Under the pieces are notes generated by a model, which was given only the letters and a program-made list of their open reading frames with translations, was not told the origin of the DNA and did not search any database. This document shows, piece by piece, positions 23,749 through 37,530 of a stretch of DNA of 64,000 nt (positions within the stretch are counted from its first letter, which is position 1; every line of letters begins with the position of its first letter). The stretch lies in contig MU053487.1 of assembly GCA_013239625.1 (NCBI GenBank), positions 1,757,058 to 1,821,057 of the forward strand, given 5' to 3'. The translations under genes were made by a program, and so were the position numbers. The DNA is from Lama guanicoe. Lineage: Eukaryota.

Positions 23749-26700
23749 GGAAACTGGGCATTTTGAATTCTTTGGTAAAATACAGGTACATGGCTCTGCC
23801 AAGTTCCATCCTGGAACCCATTTGTAAATCTCCCCCAGATGTGGTTTTAATGGCGCACATGCTTAAGCTAATGTTGAACACAGTATGAGGGTACCAATCT
23901 CTTCACTGATTAAAAAAAAGAGAGAGAAGCTTCGCCATTAAAAAACGAAAACACTATCACAAAATAAGACAATCAGCCACTAATTTGTCTCTTTGCCTAC
24001 CCTCGATGCCACTGTGGGTGAGGGATTATCATGGAAAGCACATTCTTGCTTTAATTTGGAGCCTTTAGGCATTGGATGTGCCAATTGCCTTCACTTGGAT
24101 CTGGTCTGTAATTTATCACTGGAGTGTCCTACCCTGCTCAGATGCGCCCTTTGTGGGCAGAGGCAAAGCTAATATACTTTCCAAGTGTATTTGAATTGCT
24201 TCAATAAATCACAGCTGCCACTGTAAGCAGTTTTATCATTGCCACAACAATAAGTTATCTTCATGCTTTATAGACGCAATGCTCTCGAAGACTTTTATTT
24301 GTGTAAATTGTAATGCATCATAACCCATTTCCTAAAATGAAATTTAGGAAACTATATATATATATGTATATATGATTTTTTTCAAGATACAAGGAAATAC
24401 TCCAAGGAAACCATGTAGGGTCATCAAGAAGTGGGGAGTTTTTCTCTTGGTTATTTTTTATTAGCAATTTATTGCTTTATTATTACTATAATGATGTGCA
24501 CATCAAATGCTTGTAGGAGGGGTTAAGCTTGATTTAGCGCTTTACTGCTGCAGTGTCTCAGTGAAGCCAGTCTGCAGAGAAATAGCACAGACCCAAATGG
24601 TTCCTGTGGGGTCTGCCAGGCATGGGATGGAGGAACCTGACGTAGCAAATCTCCATCTCTATTGACGACTCTGTTGGCAGCCAATCCGGTAAATCGGGCT
24701 GCCGAGTCAGAGTTTTTGGCCATGGTGATCTCTAGAAATGACTTCCAATTTCCTCTTTTATTTCACAGTGACCAAACCCGAGTTCAAACCTGGTTCGAAC
24801 CCGTTAGGCTTCTGAGGGGGGAAATGTATTACATAACAATACTGTGCCCGAAGTTCCCGACGAGGGAAACATAACCTAATTTTAATACTATTTTCAGGAC
24901 TCTAATCAGCATGATGGACAATAAAACGTGTTCTTTTTTTTATTGGCTTGACTGAATAACTGCTAAATATTTATAAACTAATTTGCCATCACTCCGTCCG
25001 TGATAAGAAAATACTTTTTGTTTGTAATTGCCTCAGTAGCTCACTCCAAGCAGAGAAAATGTCTGTAGAGAAGCCAGGTTTCATAATTAGAAACTAATTT
25101 ATTTGTTTTGAAGCCAAGTGCTTCCCCGTGCGTATTACAGTATTTGAATTAGCCTTAGTTCTTTCTGTCCTTATTGTCAAGAGGGGACGTCCATGTCCTG
25201 CCATGAAGTTTAGATTTTTCCATCTGTCTCTTGAAGTTCCCTCAGGAGGCGCGCCGTGGGTTTCATCTTCCCATTACTTCCACCCGCTTGTAGTTCCAGG
25301 CCCCACCAGATGCCTCCTTGCCTCTCTGGTGCCTCATTCAGGCAACGCCCCCGCCGCCCCAGCTCCAGGCTCGTGCGCTGCTGGACACCCGCGCATTTGT
25401 GCGTGCTGGGCGGGGCGGGGTGCATGTGGAGTTAGGACTTTAGACTGCTTTAAGTAGGTAGAGTTTCTCTCTCTCCTTCCTACTTCTTTTTCCCATTCCC
25501 TTCTCTCTTTGAATTCATGGAAAGGAGCTAATTTCCTGTTCCCCAGAATGGATTCAGTTGGCAAATTCTGCTCCAAACAGTTAAAGCAGAACGAGAACTA
25601 GCATTTTTGGAAGATGTGTTAATTTCCAGAAACTAGGGGACAGTGCCTAACACTGAGATTTTAATGATTTATTTTCCAGAAAACCAGTTATTTATGGGAC
25701 CGTCACCGCTTTATAAGTGGCCATTTGAAAAAGAATGACAGCTGATAGATGGTGTTTGTAATGTCATTCATTTTCATAGCTGCCTATCTTTGGAAGAAAA
25801 GAGCCATGCTAAAAAAGAGGCACCCCCTCCTGGAGGGCATGGAACTGTTGGGAACACAACTGGCAACGTGTCTATATAAAACCCCACTCAGAAATTTGCT
25901 TTTAACTAAAAAATTCATTTAAGCATGTGGAGATTTACATTTTCTCAAGTGCTTAATTGAGCATGACTCACTCTCATGTAGTTATCTTTTCACGGAAGGG
26001 CCACCTGCATCCTTTTCTAAATTACTGCAATATTACAGCATTAGTACTATAATTATTTTATCATTAAATGCTTGCAATTTATTTATCGTATTGTCACTGT
26101 GTTCTTTCAATCCTGGCAGGATATTTTTCAATATCCTAAGTTCACTGTACAGGCATGGTTTACTAAACAATTAGGAATGCTACCGGCTTGAGAAAGGGCT
26201 AGAATAAAGGAATTTCTCCTTTGGGATGTCGGCCTTTGTTAAGCCCAGGTGGAAGGGAAAGGGAAATGATTACTTATCGAGAATCCAGGAAGAAATCACA
26301 TGTCCGACCTCTTTCTCTCTCTCCCTCTCTTCCTCCCTCTCTTTAACTCTATATGATTATATATCTAAATCTTGAGAAAGTAAAAATTAGCTCCGACTGA
26401 GAAAGTAAAACTCTGCACAGCCACTCATCAGGCTGGAATGACAGACACAGAACAGCTGGGCACCAGAATCGTGTTTCCCATGGACGTGGAAGTGTGGTCA
26501 CAACAACCCCCTCACCCGAGTGAGTGCTGCCCTCCTCTTCACTGAGAAATCTTGTCCTCTTAAATTGTGGTCGGGTGAAGCTCTGTCAGTGAGGACTACA
26601 ACTCCCCACCCCTTCCGGGCTGGCCTAAGTCACCGTGACATACAGAAGCAGCCTTGATTGACATCCCGTGTGCAGGGGTTCAGACAGGCGCTTGCGGACA

Positions 26701-29700
26701 CAGCCCACACCTTCCTTAACACTGTGTTTACAGAGGAGATGGGCTCCTGGGCGCACTGTGCGGTGCAGACAGGGATGTCAGCTCCTCGACACAGCCCTGC
26801 TTTGCTTTCAGCCTGTGGAAACTGCATCACTTAAATGCTCTCTAAACTCTCTGTGATAACTATTTTCCTCTGTCCTTTGTTGGTCAGACGCCCCAGAGTT
26901 CCTCTGCTGTGTGGACTCCCTCACTGCAATGAGTAACAATTTGTCAGATTATAGGTTTTTTCTTGGTAGTTTTAGGCTGATTGTGGTGGGACAGTCTCTC
27001 TCCGTCCTCCCAGACCCCTTTGATGATCATTTGTTGCAAACTTTCTTTGCTGCCTGCCTAGAAAAGTATACATTCCTGTATCCAAAGCCATACTCCCTTG
27101 CCAAGAAACAGAAAAGGCAACTCGATAAGGAAACAGCGTGGGAGGAGAGGCATTGCTTAGCAAAGCATGTGGGAATTTGGCTTGAAACCTCACGGAAGCC
27201 CCTCCCTAATTACAAAAATAAAAGGTGTACCAACTCTGTGGGCTTGTGGGAGTACGTAAACCACGAAGAAGAGGTTTCACAGTCCAGGTGATGCAGTTAC
27301 TTAGGTTTGCCACGTTGTCACAGTTAAGAGAGCCCATGACATGACACCCGTGCAAATATAAAGACACTAGAAAGGTGCACAAGAAGCATTTATCAACTGA
27401 AAAATATTCATCCGAAATACGCATCCTCTTTGTTGTCTCTGGGATTAAAACCAGACCTGTGTTACATGACGTTTCCCCAGCACAGCCCCAAACTGGGCTT
27501 CCAGGTTCTCTGAAAGAAGGGGCCTCTTTAGGCTTCTGGGTATCTAAAATTACTCCTCCTGCTCATTTTTCTTCACCAGCGTGGCCTAGGAAAAAGCGGC
27601 TCCGTTTTACTGACACAGTTTCGTTAAGGGTGTAGATGAGTGAGACCAGTAAAATAGCTCAGCATCTGAGTCTCGGGAGTCCCCTGGTGCTTTTATAGCT
27701 CAGGCTGCCGCTGCTGTGGGAATGGCAGCCTTTCGGCGCCATGACCTGGGGCCAGAGCATGAGGAGTAGCCTGGGGTTCTTAGCACCAACAGCGTTTACT
27801 GTTTGTGGTGAAACAGCCCCTCCCAGGGTTTTAGAAGACTCTTACAGAACGGCCTGGCCAACACCCAGCCCTTGGAAGCATGAACGTATGTAATTAATGA
27901 GTTTTCTCAGGTGGGCAGTGACTTAGCCAACTTCCCTTCATGCTACAATTGCTGAGCATCATTTTTGAGCCTGGTAGGCGGATGGGCTGCAGAAGAATTA
28001 AACGTAAAATGTTAGAATCAGAAACTGTGGCCTGCTGACTGTCTTCCCAGGCCACGATTCTTGATGCCCTAACAGGCAGTTGGTGTCATGTATGTGATTT
28101 TTGGGACAATGGGGACGTTGTGTGTGGGGTTGCGCTGTGATATATGAGTTTTGTCAGTGAACAGTTGTTTGGTGTGGCAAACAGAATTAACTCATCGTCA
28201 GAAAAGACCCAGGATTTTCAAAGGGCAGCAGGAGAATGTCTGTCAATACTGGCAAAACATGAAGAAGGTTCTGAATTGTGCGAGCTGGAGTTGTCCAGCC
28301 CTCTCACTCCTCACCTAGGAAACTGGGTGTACTGAGTTACGTGCTCTGCCCAAAGCCACAGCGCTCATCTCTGCAGGATTTGAGGTTCTACTGGGAGAGA
28401 ATTTCTTTTTCTCTTACTTTGGTTGGATACTGCCTCCTCCTGAGAGCTGGAGATGCACTTAGCCGGACGGAAGGTCGGAGGAGCTGAGGACACAGCTCAG
28501 TCCCCTTGCTGCTGCCATCGCCTCTTTCCCTGGGTGACCTCTGGGGTCTACTCTCTAGAAACAAGATGTCTGGGTGGAATGTTACCTAACGTTGAGCCAA
28601 AAATGCTGTTTTATCTCTCAGCTTTCATTCACCAATAACAATACATATTAAGCATCTGCTGTGTGCAGGAATTATAACTGCACGGACGATGTGGGTAAGC
28701 GAAGGGGGAACAAAGATAAGTAACACAGGAGTGAGTGGTCTCTTAAAGGGATTTCAGTCAAGAGGGAGAAAAGCGACTCAAAGTCATTGCATGGACTGAT
28801 GCATACACAAAATATTTTTAAAGGCCTTAAGGATTCTGTTATATTCAGATCAAGAGGATTTTGTTACTGTTCTGTTTGTTTTCTCCCAAAAGATATTGAT
28901 CTAGTCTGACCTTAACAGACTCTGTGGAAACCCAATTCACATCAGGCAAAAAAAAGTTTTTAAAGGGACCTTACACCAGATTTGGTTCAGGTTGAATATT
29001 ACCTTTTTAAGGAACAAATGTAGTTGTTCTTTGAAGCCATGAAAATCCTAATTTTGGTTGCAGCTGGTTACTACATCCAGTTAGAAATATAACCTTTGAT
29101 GAATTTGGCAAGTTGAATTTGAAGTATTCGGAGGCATGTGTTGAAGTATCCGATATCCAATATCAGCTACTGTTGGAAGTGGGATAAAAAGAAAGGCTGT
29201 TTAAGTGGGACCCATCTTGCGGAGCTTCCAAAGTCTGCATTGGAATAATTAGTTACTAAACTATCTTCAATAAAGCAATCCTGTTTAAATTTTAGAATGT
29301 TAGAAGAGATCCTAAATAGATCAAATTTAGCTCAGGATTCTAGCTTGACAGTCACATCTATGGCAAGGAAACCAAGGCTGAAGTCACTTGCTCAGAGCCA
29401 CGCCCCTGAGGAGGAGTGTGAGCTCAAGGCCAGGTGGCTGTGCCGTCGGTCAGTGACCAGCACAGCCAGCCTCATCTGAGAGGTCAGGATGCTTCCTGCG
29501 TTCAGACCTGAGACCGTGGCCTCCTGCCTGGGCCCCAGCCTGATTCTCCATCACCTTTCACTTTTACTTTCCTCAAAGCCAACCTGTTTTCTTCCTGGCC
29601 CAGTGCATTCCTCTCTACTAGGTAGAATCCTCCCCTGTTTTTATTCCACTTTATTTTGGGCAATCAGCTGTGCGGCGACCACAGATGTCTTAGCTGCAGA

Positions 29701-30516
29701 TAAATTAATGCAACTCTGGATGCCTGCGAACAGCTGCCCAGGCTGGGTGAGCGCGGCCGTCAGCCTGGCGCTGCGGGTGCGAGCCCCGCATCACACGGCG
29801 GTTCTCTCTGCCTGCGGTGGGCTGCTCCTCGCAGACAGTTTCCTTTTCATGGAAGTGACATAAAGAGGATTTTGTATCTTAAAAAATGGCTTTCTTAGCC
29901 ATATCCTCAGCCTAAGCATTGAGTTTCTTATTATTCATGGGACTCAAAACGGTGTCTCGAAAAATGAGTAGCAAGTGTATCATCCTGAGGTTAAAGCTTG
30001 TTATTAGAGCGCCATGCCTTTGGGGCAAACCCTGCGGGTGCTGTGCTCTTGGCAGGAAGTGAATTCCTAACTTCCGATCTTTTTTTTTTGAAGTTATAAA
30101 TTAAAACGACTTGAGTGCTTTCTGTCTGTCTGCCAGACAGTGTGCTTGCGGGCGTTTTGGCCGCATCCTCACCCGAACCCTGTGAGGCTGATGTCATCCC
30201 CCGTAGCACCGCCCGCACCTTACAGGTGATGGAGGGCGAGGCTTGGCAGGAGGAGTAGCAGCCCTGGGAGGCACAGGGAGTCTGTCTCCCAAGGCTGGTC
30301 TTGACTATGACCAGTACTGCCTCGCATGATTTGACATTTGTGCCTACAGAATACAATAGTAACCCTCTTTGCTTTCTCCCCACGAAATGTTCTTACTGGT
30401 CTTAGAATGGGCTGTTTGCGTCCACAGGGACATCATTAGGTGTATGGCCTTGGGTACTAGCTATCAAACAGCAGTTCTTTCACACCTGCGTAAAGCAGTG
30501 GTAATCATCTATTTTT

Positions 30517-30546
30517 TTAAACATTTTTTTTATTGAGTTACAGTCA
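30517..30546 (-). mobile_element. Extremely truncated (~30 bp) L1 3'-terminus with 16-bp TSD
   Basis: GTAATCATCTATTTTT at 30501-30516 and 30547-30562 flanks ttaaacattttttttattgagttacagtca, similar to the L1 3' ends at ~16219 and ~38590. Confidence 0.75.
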
Positions 30547-32659
30547 GTAATCATCTATTTTTAAACTGCTCAGCTACGTTCTTCATCATGATCTTGTTAA
30601 TAATGCCAGGCCGCTGAGGAGTTATCAGTCATGAAATCTCATCATCTAAGCTTTCCGAGGGCCCTCACCTGCTGAAACACCAACTTTCCTTAATTAAAAT
30701 TTTATTCTCAAAAGAAACAGCTCTATGTGTTTTTTAGTTAGTTAATAATGAAACTAATTATTGTGGCTCTGCTGCATCTTTGGCTCCATTTATTTAAACA
30801 TGGGCATTTGTAGCCTTGTGTTCCCTGGCCACGCTAGGAAGGCAGAGCGTCCGCTAAGCTGATGTTTTTATTGGGAAGTTCTGCCCACTCCATCCAGAAG
30901 TAATCACTTTTGTAAGACAGTGTCCACGTCCAGCCTTTGCTGGTAGTTATATAAATGGGGAGTCACAAAAACCTAACAGCCCAGGAGGGTGTTTTTATTT
31001 TAATGTGTCTGAAGTAGGATGGAGAACATCCCCCCCAAATGTGCTCACCAATTTCATAACAGATGAGAAAGGATCTCCCAAATGACAAGCAGTTAAAAAA
31101 AAAAATGGCTGGAAATATTACTAAATGAGAAACATTTGAAATGTTGTACTTTACACTTCGGGATGTCCGTATGAGGACAGCTCTGCTTCTGTAGTCAGCC
31201 CACAAAGGCTTCTCCAAGGAGCCTCTCTCTCCTGCTGCTGGTCTCTCCTGGATCCGTCCTGGGTGCCTGAGCTTGTCTGAGGGACATGACATGGCTCTTC
31301 ATCGGTGCAGACTTACTCCTTGTGAATTCCTCAGCCCCCTCCCCCCCACCTTCCTCCCTCCACTCTGTCTGAACAGTGTTATCTTTGAATGATAAAGGAG
31401 AATTGTTCCTCTCTACCCTAGAGCAGGAGTTTTAAATTTTGGATTTTGTGACCGGGTTTCTGGAAGGGAAGTTTTATGCAGACTGTTTTTTGTATGTGCT
31501 CAGGGACAATGGACTAGAAAACGGGCTTAGGACTTGCATTATACCCTGTATGTAAATGCATGTTTTCAGTGGGATCCGTGGCTGTTCTGTCAGTGGTCTT
31601 GGTCAGTAAACTTCTCATGGTTACCACTGTTTTGCTGCCCACTTTTCCCCTTTCAATGGCTAGTGAGGAAATTTAGCAGCAGTTCCCCAAAACGTGGACA
31701 TAAGGGCTTCTGGAAGTTGCTGTTGTTAAAAGCAGTAAATATGTCAACTTAAAGAGGATTAATGCATCAGATGATTGATTGTAAGCACCCCTCATCCTCC
31801 CCATCCCCACCCCCCAAAAAAAGGAATTCAGCAGACGCATTCTGAGTGGGTACAGATTAGATGAGGGAGTTCGTCCGTGACTCACTCGGTCAGTCTTTCT
31901 TTTTGGCTGTTTTGAACCTGGTTATCTGCCAAACTAAGGTAAATAGTTTCAACTTGAAGCTACACATTGTTATGCATAAGGGAGCACTGGTTCAAGACAG
32001 GAAGAGAGAACAACAAACGTTGCAGTGCAATTTAAAAAGAGCACAAAAAAAGAGTGCAGTTTCTCTAAATTCGTATCAGTAAAAATCTTTACTAGATTCC
32101 TAAAAATGTCTATGTATATGTATACATATGCAGACACATGTATGTGTGTGTAAACATTGTGTGTGTGTTACACCTTTTTATAGTAACTGCAGAATTTCTC
32201 ATCTGAACCCACTCATTTGCGAGTGAAAAGGAATGCTATTAATAACTACACTAGAGTCACTGGAATTAACAGACATATGTGGCCGATATATAAATGCAAT
32301 ATTTGTCTCTTATTTAAAAAAAACTGTTAGAAGTGAGGGAGTTAGATTTTAACCTTTATTCTGTGTCCCTTTGGACAATATATATTAAATAAAATTGATG
32401 ATTAGGAATAAATAAATAAATACACTCCAAAGTTTGAGAGAGGAAAATTATGACATTTATATCCAATCTGGTTTTTTTGTTTCGTTTAGGAAGAGTCAAG
32501 GCTGTCTGTCGCCAACCGTGGGTTCTGTGTGGGTACGTGCTTGCAGGGATCCTTCTGTCTTACCTCATCAATTGGAAACAAAACATGAAAATCATCAAAG
32601 CAAGCCAGTTGATTGCTAATGCGTAAAGTGGAGCATTTCCAAACATCAAGTCAAAAATC

Positions 32660-32775
32660 ATTTTTAAAAAACCTAGTTTGGTAAATTGTTTTTTAAGTGG
32701 AGGGACTGGGGATTGATACCAGGACCTTGTGCAAGCTAAGCATGTGCTCTTCCACTGAGCTGTAACCTCTTCCTC
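32660..32775 (-). mobile_element. Vic-1-like SINE
   Basis: Same tRNA-like head (ggaccttgtgcaagctaagcatgtgctcttccactgagctgta on + strand). Confidence 0.82.
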
Positions 32776-34029
32776 CCTCCCCACTTTGATACTTTAACAT
32801 GCCTTTCACTGAAATGCCCATTTTATTATTCGTTTAGTCCCCAAGCTCAACATTTTGAAAGATACTTGTTCACAAACCATAATTTTTTTTTACTTACATC
32901 ATTAAATAGGAAGCAATGAAACATCATGGGTCACTTGTTAAATGGGGCAAAGTAAAACTGGTCCAGATAAATCATGAGGGCTATTAAATACTGCACTTGA
33001 AAGAGAACTGTAACACAATCAATAATACGTTCATTGGAAATAGAGTTTTCTCCTAAAATCACTCACTTAATCATTGAGCATAAAAAGATAGTACAAAATG
33101 GCTAGGTTAGAAACATTCATAAAGTGGAGGAGTGTCTGTCGTTCGGCAAGCATCTCAGGAGGTCTGGGTGCTGGGATGCACTGTGACAGCCTGAGGTGGC
33201 GGGAGGTGGGTCCCCAGGGAGAGCAGCTGCCCCCCGGGAGCCGAGAGGGGCCTGCTGCTTTTGTCTGTCCGTGACGTGATGCGAGGGGCTCCTTCCAGTA
33301 AGTCACCAGGAGAAGATGGAAAGGCATCTGCGTGAACCCAGGGTTCCCTCAGCCCCCTTTGCTCTGAGACAGCGTTAGATGAAGGGGAGCTCTTTGTTCT
33401 GAGTCCCCTGATGCAGCCCCTGGCAGGGGTGAGCACAGCTTTGATTAAGAGACAAGACAGAGCGGGGGACCAGGTCTGTTGCTTACATGGGAACAGAAAG
33501 AGGCCTCGCCTTTCTCCGGGTCTTCGGTGATAAAGGCAAAGCAGAGCCTCTACACCAAGGATACAGCACGTTGCCTGTCTTAGAGTTACAACCCAGGAAT
33601 CGGTGTTCCGCCTGTGCTGGGCGCCTGGACCCGCCTGCCTTTCCAAATGGCCCCTGCCTGGCTGCGCGCTCCCCAGGTACGACCAGCTGGCCCCTCCCAC
33701 CCCTGCTGCACTGGGCGCTGTGCCTCCCTCACGTTCAGAGCTGCTTCTGCTGCCTTTTGCTACACGAGATCACACTTTTCATATAAACCAAGGTCAGAAG
33801 AGCACCGCCACGGTCATGTCCCCCACGGACGGTGCCGCATGACCACGCTGGGCTCACAGGCAACGTGTGCTACTGGAGCCTGAACCTTGTCAGCTGGAGG
33901 GAGTGGTCCCAGGAACTTCTTTTGTCATTTGGGGTCCTTCCTGGTATTATCAACGCCCAGTTTGTTCTTCGTTTAAGGTACAGTTCTGCAGGGAGTGAAA
34001 ATACTGTCATTTGCATAGCATCATTGGGA

Positions 34030-34262
34030 GGAAGGATGCCAACTATGTGCAGTAAATGCCACGTGCGGAGGAACGTGTGAGTCGTGTTACTGGACATCTA
34101 CTTGACCTTCATAAAAGCCTGGGGAAGTTGGGAAGTGGTAGCACCCAGTTAACAGGCAAGCAAAACAAAGTTCAAAGACAGTAGATAACTTCCCAGTCAC
34201 CAAGCTAGTGGGTGGAAGAGTCAGCGATCAGCCCCTTGTCTGCCTGATTACAGAGCCCGTGA
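34030..34262 (-). mobile_element. MIR SINE
   Basis: ataacttcccagtcaccaagctagtgggtggaagagtc...gtctgcctgattacagagccc (antisense MIR core). Confidence 0.6.
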
Positions 34263-35089
34263 GTTTGCTATAGGAAGCAGAAACTCCTTAGATTTCACAG
34301 CAGAACGCTAATTTGAAGCCCCATTTAAGTATCCTTTCATACTATTCTGTCTTGCTGATAATTCCTTTAAAGACTTGAAACAATTCTGGCGACATGTATC
34401 AAACCTGAGACTAACATACAGCAGAGTATTTTCTAAACCAAACATGCTTGGGGAATGCACAATCCGTTAGGCCCATTGTAGAAATAAACTAGACCTTCCT
34501 TCTTTTCTTTTTAATTTTCCCTGAAGTATCTTTTGCCCATTGTTGTCCCTTTGATCTCAGCCACCTGGTTCTACAGCCAGCCAAAGAAAATGTCCAATTC
34601 CACAAAATGAGCCGTACAGCTTGAGTTGAATCATAATTTAACTTTTTTTTCCTTTGGCAATATACTTAAACAGTAACGTTACTTTATACATAGTACTTCC
34701 TAAGTTGTTATTATCAATTCCCTCCAAACATTGCCATTTCCTCAAAATGGAAAGGCAAGCACTGGGGTAAAGAGTCAAATATCCTGCCCTAATATCCAAC
34801 AATGTATGCATTTGAGAGTTAACATTTACTTAATTGCTGAAGCAGTCATGCTAAGTGCGTAGTCTGACATATTATCAGGTGTTCATAAAGGTAATTTCTG
34901 AGGGGCAAAAAATCTATCAAACCAAGAGACTACTCTGCTAAAATCATTATCCAGATGTCTTTAAAATCTTCATCCGATCAGGACGGCGCAGCAGCTTGGG
35001 GAGTGTGGCCTGGCACAGGAATGCGTTCCTTGCACTTTTTGAAGGGAAGGAGGTGCCGATTACTCTCTGCTTTCCTCTCCTCTCGTCAC

Positions 35090-35400
35090 ACAGCCATTCT
35101 CCATCCTTGTCCTCTGACCCACAGACTGCATCTTCAACATCCTTTGTCCTGGGGCTTCCAGGTGGGTTTTGCTAATGGACGCGGTCAGCAGCAGGAGCTG
35201 GCGCTGGGGGGAAGGGAGAGCTCAGGCTCTCCAGCTGGCCCTCCCTCCCTGGCCGTGCAGCTGGTTGTCCATGGGGCCCCTTAGGCACCTACTGGCTTCC
35301 GGTCCCACTGGCTCCTCCCCTAAGACCTTCAGGCTGAGGGGAGAAAACACTTGTTCTGTTGTTGGGCTCTGGGTACCTCCCTCTCCTGTTGGTCCCTGAA
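35090..35400. mobile_element. Possible ERVL LTR relic (LTR33/LTR16-like)
   Basis: ctggggcttccaggtgggttttgctaatgg...cagcaggagctgg...ggaagggagag resembles recalled consensus; weak. Confidence 0.4.
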
Positions 35401-37404
35401 CCTGCTTATGCATTTGGCCGTGCTCTTTATTAACATCTCCTCAGCTGAATCACTGGAGTGGAATCCTGTTGCCTGCCAGGACCTGGAGCTGGGGTTGCGG
35501 GTGCGTATCGAGGGGAGAGAAATGAGCAGAATGACTGACATAATTCAGGCCCTTCTGGGCCCCATGGCCCTAAACAACCTACCCAATTCCTTCTGCTTTG
35601 TTTCCATCCTCTGTAAAATGAGACTGATAAAGGCACCCACTTCTAAAGGGCTGAGCTCAGTGAGCACAGACAGGTGCACGCAGTAAAGATACGATTCATT
35701 AGCTTGGATGAAGAAAGAGGAGCGCGGGCGTCCCCTGGTTTGAGTTGGTGCAGGCCCAGTGCGTGACCTCCTGGGAATGCTGCCTGTCAGTGACTGATTG
35801 CCGGTATCTGTATCTCAACACTGGGGTGCAATCGGGCTGATGATTTCAAAAGAGATGATTTGATGCTGTTTTTCCCCAACTCATGATACGTCCCTTGAAT
35901 CTCCAGACTTTAATTTTCTTTCCGCCTGATGCCCTCCTATGTTTTATCTCAGAAAGGTCTGCTGGGAGCTACTGGAAACAGGCTTGTGAGCTCCAGTTTA
36001 CATACACGAGGCATATCCTCCAAGCTTGTGGTGGTAATGTAACAGCGGCAGAGCTGACACGTGTGGTTGGGAAACAAAAATATTCTTAGTCCGTCTGTCT
36101 TATTTTGAGGAAGCACTATAGCATGGATGCTGGCAAAGTGACTAACAGGGAAATGGGATGTAGTCCCCAGTCGATGAGAAATTCTGTGTGGGATCCTGCA
36201 GGTGCCTTCTTAGCTGTCTGAACCTCAGCTTCCTCACCCAGAGCTTGCCGGCCCAGGAGATTTCCATGTCCATTGTCCACTCAGGCTGCATGGCTGCAGG
36301 CTTAGGGGGTCCAAGGAGAGACAAAATGAAGGAACTCCAGCTGTATTCTGGATGAGGGAAAAGATAGAAGGTCCAGGTTTCCTGTCTGCTTTTCTTTTAT
36401 GCCAAATGAAGATGGAGGAACAGTTGCAAGGGAGCATCAGCATCGGTTAGCAAACTCACAGTTATGTCCAAAAGATACGAGGCTGCAAAAATCCGGTTTG
36501 GTTTCCCAGATGCCTCGCCAAGTGCTAACAGATAGATCTGAGAATGCCAGAGGACGTCTCAGGTGCATTTTCTTCCCCTCCCTCCCCCCTTTCAAGCCCC
36601 ACCCCGCATTTCCTCCTCCTTTCCTTTCTGGGGCCCGTCCCTGCTTCCATCCTCCCCATAGCATCAGATGGAATTAGAAGACTGTGCTGGGCCCTCTTGA
36701 TTTGCTGCAGGAAATAATTCGTATATTTCCAGAGGCAAAGGGGTAAGAGAATAGTTGGCATCTGGTCAGCTTTGTCTTCATTCTGCTGTGATGGTGATAA
36801 ATTATTTCCCTTTGGCCACCTTGCATGCCTCAGCAGGGATCAGGGCTCTCTGTTCTGAGTCCACTGCTTCTGCATTCTTTTCCTTCAGGCTTTTTGCTTG
36901 TTGGCTTGTTTTCCATTATGTGGCACTGTGGGAGTCATTTAGGGTGAGTGCAGTGAGGGCGGTTTCTTTATCAACATCATCAATAAATGTCCTTGAGGCG
37001 TTGAACATAGGATTCGGGGCTAGAGCCGAGATGCTTAAGATTTGCATCCTTTTCCAGATTATAATCTAATCTGGGAGGCAGGACCTCAATGAGTAATACA
37101 ATTTAAGTCAAGTTCATACTAGGTGGAAAGTGCAAGGGGAGGGCAAAAAAAGGGCAGCCAGGCACACTGGTCGTTGCCAGATACTCAGTCCCTGGGATGG
37201 GTCTTACAAGAGGGGTCTTAGGACTGACACCTCTTAAGGAAAGGATTGTCCCCATTTTACAGATAAGGAAAATGAAGTCACGGGGAGAGATGGCCCCGCA
37301 GAGGGTGTGAGGTGCCAGATCCCATCACCCACTCTATGAAGTGAATTAAACGAGAGGGATCCAGGAAGAAGTGTTTGTAGAGAGCCGAGGCCTGGTAGTC
37401 ATTC

Positions 37405-37530
37405 CAGTGTGGTCCCCAAACCCACAGCATCAGCCTCCCCCGGGAACTTGTCAGGAAGGCACATTCTCAGGCTCCACCCAGACCTACCGAATGAGAACTC
37501 CTGGGGGTTGGAACCTAGCAATGTCTTTTC
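37405..37530. mobile_element. MER5A-like hAT-Charlie relic
   Basis: gtgtggtcc...cagcatcagcctccccgggaacttgtcagg...attctcaggctccacccagacctaccgaatgagaactc. Confidence 0.75.

Noticed and set aside
23646..23888. Poly-Leu / poly-Asn ORFs
   Set aside because: Translation artefacts of the (TTA)19 microsatellite.
26373..26410. Direct repeat TGAGAAAGTAAAA x2
   Set aside because: Only two copies with a 12-nt spacer and no element signature; simple local duplication.
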